Positions 47,189 through 51,622 of a DNA stretch of 51,622 nucleotides are shown here, in pieces. Positions within the stretch are counted from its first letter, which is position 1. Every line of letters begins with the position of its first letter. The stretch spans positions 1 through 51,622 of the forward strand of contig JBMORA010000058.1 in assembly GCA_049320885.1 (NCBI GenBank). The letters run 5' to 3'. Both the position numbers and the translations under genes were made by a program. The stretch comes from Thermodesulfobacteriota bacterium. Lineage in GTDB: Bacteria; Desulfobacterota; Desulfobacteria; Desulfobacterales; SURF-7. A model generated the notes under the pieces. That model worked only from the letters and a program-made list of their open reading frames with translations. It searched no databases and had not been told where the DNA came from.

Positions 47189-47935
47189 CTATTGGTACGA
47201 TTCAAGCTGCCGCCGCCTGATCCAGCGATAAAAGGATACCAGCCATATGGAAAAGAACGGCGTCAGGGCCGCCAGGCAAAAAACCAACAGGGTCCGATAG
47301 GCCGTGGGCGCCAGATGGGGTTTGATATGCCAGATGATCCGGTACACCACCTCGGCAACTTCTCTTTTGTGGAGCGAGAGCCCGTAGGCCGCCTTCCAGA
47401 CGGTTGCCGGTGTCAAATGGACGGAAAGCACCATCAGAAAGAAAAAAATCAGAACCCCCTTGATGCCCAGGGAGATCAGCCGGCCGGTGAGCAGCGAATC
47501 CACCGCATTTTTGGTTAGAACACCGATGCGGTATTTGCTCAGAAAGCAGCAGATCCCGGCGGTGATAATGATCGGGGCGCAGGTCAGAATCCATAAAAAC
47601 AGTTTCGACCGGGCCAGGGGGAAAAACCGTTCCACCCAGAGTTTCAAACCATCATCGGATATCACCGGCAGGCTCAGGGCCGTCAACAGGGCAAAGATGA
47701 TCCCTTCCAGAAACCCATTGCCGAAACCCATGTTGAAGAAATTCAGTTTGCCCCGAATGGTCAGGAAATCATCCGGGATGTCCTGCCCCGTGCGCTCGAT
47801 CACGGCAAACTGCTGGATCTGGGAGACGGCGTCGATGAGGCTGCCGAAGATGGATTGGGTGCTGGAGCGGCTTTGTTCGGCGGGGACAATGTCACCGGCG
47901 ATACTGGAATTGGTGTTCGGTCCTTTGCCTGCCAT
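47189..47935 (-). CDS. Multi-pass membrane protein upstream of traD
   Basis: About four hydrophobic segments; co-oriented with traD. Confidence 0.7.
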   Translation of the reverse strand: MAGKGPNTNSSIAGDIVPAEQSRSSTQSIFGSLIDAVSQIQQFAVIERTGQDIPDDFLTIRGKLNFFNMGFGNGFLEGIIFALLTALSLPVISDDGLKLWVERFFPLARSKLFLWILTCAPIIITAGICCFLSKYRIGVLTKNAVDSLLTGRLISLGIKGVLIFFFLMVLSVHLTPATVWKAAYGLSLHKREVAEVVYRIIWHIKPHLAPTAYRTLLVFCLAALTPFFSIWLVSFYRWIRRRQLESYQ

Positions 47936-47965
47936 GACAATTCAATTCTCCAAAACATGATTTTA

Positions 47966-48152
47966 GACAGGATCAACAGGATCGACAGGATCATAATAAA
48001 ATCGAAGACAACCTACCGAATTCCGTCATACCGGACCCGATCCGGTATCCAGCATCTGACCGAATGAAATCATTCGCGCATTTTTTGGCGCAGCTGAAAC
48101 TTTGCATGAAATGCAAAGTAACAAATATTCCGTCAATCCCGTTAATCCTGTC
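47966..48152. repeat. 3x9-bp inverted-repeat element enclosing a REP-like arm and two small hairpins
   Basis: Arms 47966-47992 and 48126-48152; CGTCATACCGGACCCGATCCGGTATCCAG at 48024-48052; hairpins at 48061-48076 and 48099-48119. Confidence 0.85.
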
Positions 48153-48160
48153 AAAAAAAT

Positions 48161-48637
48161 TCACTCCATCATGGAGGTCAGTTTCTGGCTGATTTTTTCA
48201 ATATACGCCCTGCCATTGCGGCGTTTCCGCCCGCTTGGGGCGTCCGACAGGCCAACACCTGTGTGATAGCAGGCCACCCCGTCCCAGCCGTATCCATACC
48301 GGTCCATGCACTGTCGCAATATCCAGGCACCCACCATGGTGCAATAGCAGGCATCGTAAAGGCTTGCGTAATCCTCACCCAGGTGCTTCCGCCAAAAACT
48401 GTTGATCTGCATGTGGCCCATGTCCATGGTTTGCGATGACGGATTCATGTTGATGGCATGCGGCTCCCCGTTGCTCTCGACCTCCGAGATGGCCCGCAAT
48501 AGAATGGGTGAAATCCCATATCGAATTCCAGCTTCCTGAAAGCAGTACCCATCGGCGCCTGCCGGGAGGCTGTTCCCCAACATCAGGGTTATGTGCATAG
48601 AAATGAGGATTGTTTTCTTGATATGGTTTCTCAGCAA
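48161..48637 (-). CDS. Lytic transglycosylase (SLT / VirB1-like); start approximate
   Basis: CFQEAG.RYGISP.LLRAISEVES, DMGHMQINS, GAWIL, VACYH. Confidence 0.9.
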   Translation of the reverse strand: MLRNHIKKTILISMHITLMLGNSLPAGADGYCFQEAGIRYGISPILLRAISEVESNGEPHAINMNPSSQTMDMGHMQINSFWRKHLGEDYASLYDACYCTMVGAWILRQCMDRYGYGWDGVACYHTGVGLSDAPSGRKRRNGRAYIEKISQKLTSMME

Positions 48638-48661
48638 CGTAACATCCCAAAAACTTTTTTC

Positions 48662-48749
48662 GACAGGATCAACAGGATCAACAGGATTTTTTTCAGCGAA
48701 GCTGACACGTATTTCATTTTTTGATCCTGTCAATCCCGTAAATCCTGTC
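48662..48749. repeat. 3x9-bp inverted-repeat element with internal TCAGCGAAGCTGA hairpin
   Basis: Arms 48662-48688 and 48723-48749; same core as 35807-35893. Confidence 0.9.
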
Positions 48750-48758
48750 TAAATTTTT

Positions 48759-49511
48759 TCAGTTCCTGTCTTTCAAAATCTTTTCCACCGCCGCCATATC
48801 GGCGCCGCTGACGAACCGGCCGTCGTCAAAAATAAACACCGGCACCCCGGCAATCCCGGCCTTGCCGACAGCCTCCCGCGAGGCCCGGATCAGTTTTTCA
48901 CCTTCCGGGCATCGATGGCTTTCATCAAAGGGTAGGGCTTTCCATTCTTTTTCCGCATACTGGCCCAGGGTAAATTTCCGGCACACGGCTTCCATGGATT
49001 TTTCCTCCCCTTGCTTGCCGTGTACCGAGTAGAACACCGCTTTCACGGTGGCCCCATAGGTGTCGGCCAGGGCCATGACGGTCTCGCCCGCCATGTCGCA
49101 GTAGGGGCAGAGGGGATCGGTGATCATATAGACGCTGCGGTTTTTCGGCTCCGCCGGGCGATAGGTGATGGCGGCCATGGAATCGAGCTGGGGGACCAGG
49201 TTTTTGAATCCTTCCGCCTTGAGTTCATCGATCCTGGCCCTGGTGAGCTGTTTTTTTTCCTTGAGCATTTCGCCGGCAATGATGAAATCATCCCCGGCAA
49301 ACACCGGCACATATTCGTTACCGAGCTTGAGGATCACCTCGCACAGTTGTCCCATAGCGTGTTTGGAAACAATCCGGCCGGGTGGAATGGGCGAATGCCT
49401 TCCCAGCCAGGCCAGGTCTATATTGGCGCAGGGGTTTTGGTCATCGGCAATACCGCTGGACAAAAAGATCGCTGTTATCACCATTGTCCACAGGAGTTGT
49501 TTTTTCATCAT
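48759..49511 (-). CDS. DsbC-like thiol:disulfide isomerase
   Basis: Signal peptide, ITDPLCPYC, GIAGVP.FIF.DG..VSG. Confidence 0.85.
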   Translation of the reverse strand: MMKKQLLWTMVITAIFLSSGIADDQNPCANIDLAWLGRHSPIPPGRIVSKHAMGQLCEVILKLGNEYVPVFAGDDFIIAGEMLKEKKQLTRARIDELKAEGFKNLVPQLDSMAAITYRPAEPKNRSVYMITDPLCPYCDMAGETVMALADTYGATVKAVFYSVHGKQGEEKSMEAVCRKFTLGQYAEKEWKALPFDESHRCPEGEKLIRASREAVGKAGIAGVPVFIFDDGRFVSGADMAAVEKILKDRN

Positions 49512-49522
49512 GGGAGCCTCCC

Positions 49523-50005
49523 TCAACTGAATTCCAGCACTTTTTTGATCAACGCTTCCGTATCCGACTCGTTTACGGTTCTCTTTTGGATGGGGTTTTC
49601 CCTGGACCTGCCAGGTCCGGATTCGGGACCGACCGGGTCCGGCTGCCCCCGGGATCGTGCCGGGTTCCTGGAAGAGAGCGTTTCGAACAACCGCAGTCCG
49701 GAATCGCTTTCCAGGAAGGCCGCCAGCGCGGATTCCGCCACCAGCGATCGATGCCGCGGGGATATGGCTTGAAGTCGCCGGATGATGGACTCAGCGGTGA
49801 GGGAAATCCGGAATCGGACAGGCCGCCCGGTTTCCGCCTTCAGAATGGAATAGAATGCCCGGGAAGGGGTTGCCTTTTCCGAAGCAAACCATGTCTGGAG
49901 AGCCATTTCCAGAAACAGGGAGCGGTACGACGCGGGAATGGTCCGCAGACGGGCCGCGTTCTGCTCATCCGCAACCGAGAACCGGAACCGGCGCGGATCA
50001 GCCAT
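49523..50005 (-). CDS. Putative ParR/StbB-like partition adaptor
   Basis: Overlaps the parM stop; two internally similar RHH-like units (RFRFSV...RSLFLE.AL / RFRISL...RSLVAE.AL). Confidence 0.55.
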   Translation of the reverse strand: MADPRRFRFSVADEQNAARLRTIPASYRSLFLEMALQTWFASEKATPSRAFYSILKAETGRPVRFRISLTAESIIRRLQAISPRHRSLVAESALAAFLESDSGLRLFETLSSRNPARSRGQPDPVGPESGPGRSRENPIQKRTVNESDTEALIKKVLEFS

Positions 50006-51017
50006 TTTTCACCCCCTTCAGGTATTTGTAATACCCCCTGGCATTGCTGAATTCCGCATGAACCGGCACTGTCAGGAAATCGTCGGGAAATTTTTCTCTG
50101 AAAAACGGGGCAACATAGTAGGCCCCGCCGCCGGCCACGATGAGCTTTCGGGTGTTTTTCAACACATCTGACAGCCGCGATTTGATCTCCCGGTATAAAA
50201 AGTCGGCATAATCCCTTGAGAGCTGAGCAATGGTTGCCGACAGGTCGATATCCCTGCCGTAGATGGACACCCTGCGATGCTCCAGGGCATTTTTGACCGC
50301 CTGTTCCGGCAGTTCCAGGCCCGTTTTTTTCAGCTCGATATCCAGTTCCCGGCAGATCCGGCAGAGCCCGGCCCCCTCCAGCATGTTGGACCATTCGGAG
50401 CTGGAACGCCCTTCATGCACACAAAGGATGTCGATGGTATTGAAACCGATATCCAGAATCAGCAGATCGCTGCCAAGCCATTTGCGGTTCGGCCGGCAAT
50501 GCTCGTCGAACAGGAAGTCCAGCAGAATGCCCTGGCTCTGGGCCTGAATCCCAATTCGAGTAAAGGTGACCTCCTGCCCCGAAATCTCAAACCGGGCCAG
50601 GCGCCGAGCCAGCTCGTCCTTTTTATCCATGTAATACGCCAGCGGCAGACCGAGACAGACCTCCACGGAATGGCAAAGTGACTCCACCGGCAGGTGATAG
50701 ATCTGCGCGGCGCACTCAAAGGCCTTAAAAATCAGCAGGGGCGAGAATTCCATGATGAAATCCATATCCCGGCTGGGTATTAGATTGGCGCTGATCAGCG
50801 CATCGTTTCCCGCCAGATATTTCTGGTTTTCAAACCCGTATTCCACCTGGGCATCGTCCAGACCAGCGACGGCCTTTTTCCTGATCCGCGCCACCGCCGA
50901 CGGAAACTTGAACATATCGGTATCGATCCGGCCGTTTTCAGTGATCCGGCCGGCAACCGCTTTGACATCGCCGAAACCGATATCGATACCCATTCGGATG
51001 AGCGGACTGGTAGTCAT
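49998..51017 (-). CDS. parM: ParM/StbA actin-like partition ATPase
   Basis: GIDIGFGDVK, FPS, LGLP, LILDIGFNTID, IVAGGGA, FSNARG. Confidence 0.9.
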   Translation of the reverse strand: MTTSPLIRMGIDIGFGDVKAVAGRITENGRIDTDMFKFPSAVARIRKKAVAGLDDAQVEYGFENQKYLAGNDALISANLIPSRDMDFIMEFSPLLIFKAFECAAQIYHLPVESLCHSVEVCLGLPLAYYMDKKDELARRLARFEISGQEVTFTRIGIQAQSQGILLDFLFDEHCRPNRKWLGSDLLILDIGFNTIDILCVHEGRSSSEWSNMLEGAGLCRICRELDIELKKTGLELPEQAVKNALEHRRVSIYGRDIDLSATIAQLSRDYADFLYREIKSRLSDVLKNTRKLIVAGGGAYYVAPFFREKFPDDFLTVPVHAEFSNARGYYKYLKGVKNG

Positions 51018-51191
51018 CTTTTTAACCTCGCTGTCAATTTTTTGATCTGCTTTTTATAATAATAGCGAGGTGGTCAAGCGGGATGCGATAAAAGATACGG
51101 AAATCGGAAGATGTTTGCGATTGAAGGATGGCAGGTGTTTTTGACCATTCGATCAAAATGGATGGCGGGACTATTTTTCAGCGGCCAGCCA

Positions 51192-51329
51192 TCAGCGTTG
51201 ATCGATTCGATTTCTTATGGAAGCAATGAGGGTTTCGAGTTCGGCTTGAGTCAATTTCTCTAAAAATTCAAGGTTGTTTTCCGTATTGAGGATTCGTTTC
51301 AGCATGTCAATCAGGCTTTGTTTGTTCAT
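51192..51329 (-). CDS. Small hypothetical protein (45 aa)
   Basis: MNKQSLIDMLKRILNTENNLEFLEKLTQAELETLIASIRNRIDQR*; amphipathic helical pattern. Confidence 0.5.
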   Translation of the reverse strand: MNKQSLIDMLKRILNTENNLEFLEKLTQAELETLIASIRNRIDQR

Positions 51330-51495
51330 CTTCACGTCTCTGGGTAGTGGTCATGGAATGACCTGAACTTGATAACTATCTTTAAATACTTGACATTGAA
51401 ATTTTCATCAAGTATTCAAAGCAAGTATGATACATAATTTCAAAATCATATCCAGTCAACCCCCGATTTTTTTTCTTCAACATCACCCCTGAATG

Positions 51496-51622
51496 GTAAG
51501 CGTCAATTTATCCCCACGGTCAATTTTTCAGCAAGTCAGGATTGATCGATTGGGGCAATAGATTCCGATAATCGTCATCGGATTTCGCAAACGGTAATTT
51601 TTCGAAGAGGTAGAGCAAATAG
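51496..51622 (-). mobile_element. Right end of an IS66-family element (TnpC C-terminus at 51520 to >51622)
   Basis: Minus strand YLLYLFEKLPFAKSDDDYRNLLPQ...* matches the IS66 TnpC tail; terminal GTAAGCG at 51496. Confidence 0.8.

Noticed and set aside
48638..48733. N-terminal extension of the lytic transglycosylase (NPVDPVDPV)
   Set aside because: It is translation of the 9-mer repeat element.
30356..48749. 9-mer repeats as a CRISPR array
   Set aside because: Units are tandem without spacers, dispersed and inverted; no cas operon.
1..51622. Reverse transcriptase systems (retron, DGR), tRNA or rRNA genes, integrase
   Set aside because: No RT motifs, cloverleaf, rRNA-like sequence or recombinase motifs were recognised by eye.

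Overview
A 51.6 kb segment of a conjugative element (ICE or plasmid; no integrase or clear Rep seen). The gene and repeat style suggests a Desulfobacterota-like host, which is inference only. Probable IS ends lie at both edges: an IS4-like inverted repeat at 111-127 and an IS66 end from 51496. Left part (1-20.6 kb) is a mosaic defence/DNA-processing cargo region: an IS-truncated YhaN-like ABC ATPase, a NucS-like nuclease, two ArdC/IrrE-like metallopeptidases, a PD-(D/E)XK endonuclease gene split by an integron-type NYN gene cassette with a complete attC, a DUF4062-RecG-like protein, an AddAB-like pair, and a WYL regulator divergent from a double-AAA+ ATPase / degenerate FtsZ-like / metallopeptidase operon. 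Middle part (21-31.4 kb, minus strand) is a leading-region-type operon (exonuclease, ssDNA annealing protein, double-domain SSB, DNA methyltransferase, SF2 helicase, RadC, ArdC), with a recurring switch-like hairpin before four genes, followed by an AbiE toxin-antitoxin pair. Right part (34-51 kb, minus strand) holds F-type transfer genes (two traN-like genes, traF, S26 peptidase, trbC, traU, traW, HD relaxase-like gene, traD, lytic transglycosylase, DsbC) and ParM/ParR-like genes. It is interrupted by a small TA/nuclease island, and its intergenic spaces carry a family of 3x9-bp inverted-repeat elements. Best candidates for new biology: the WYL-controlled AAA+/pseudo-FtsZ/peptidase operon, the bistable leading-region hairpins, and the 9-mer palindromic elements.
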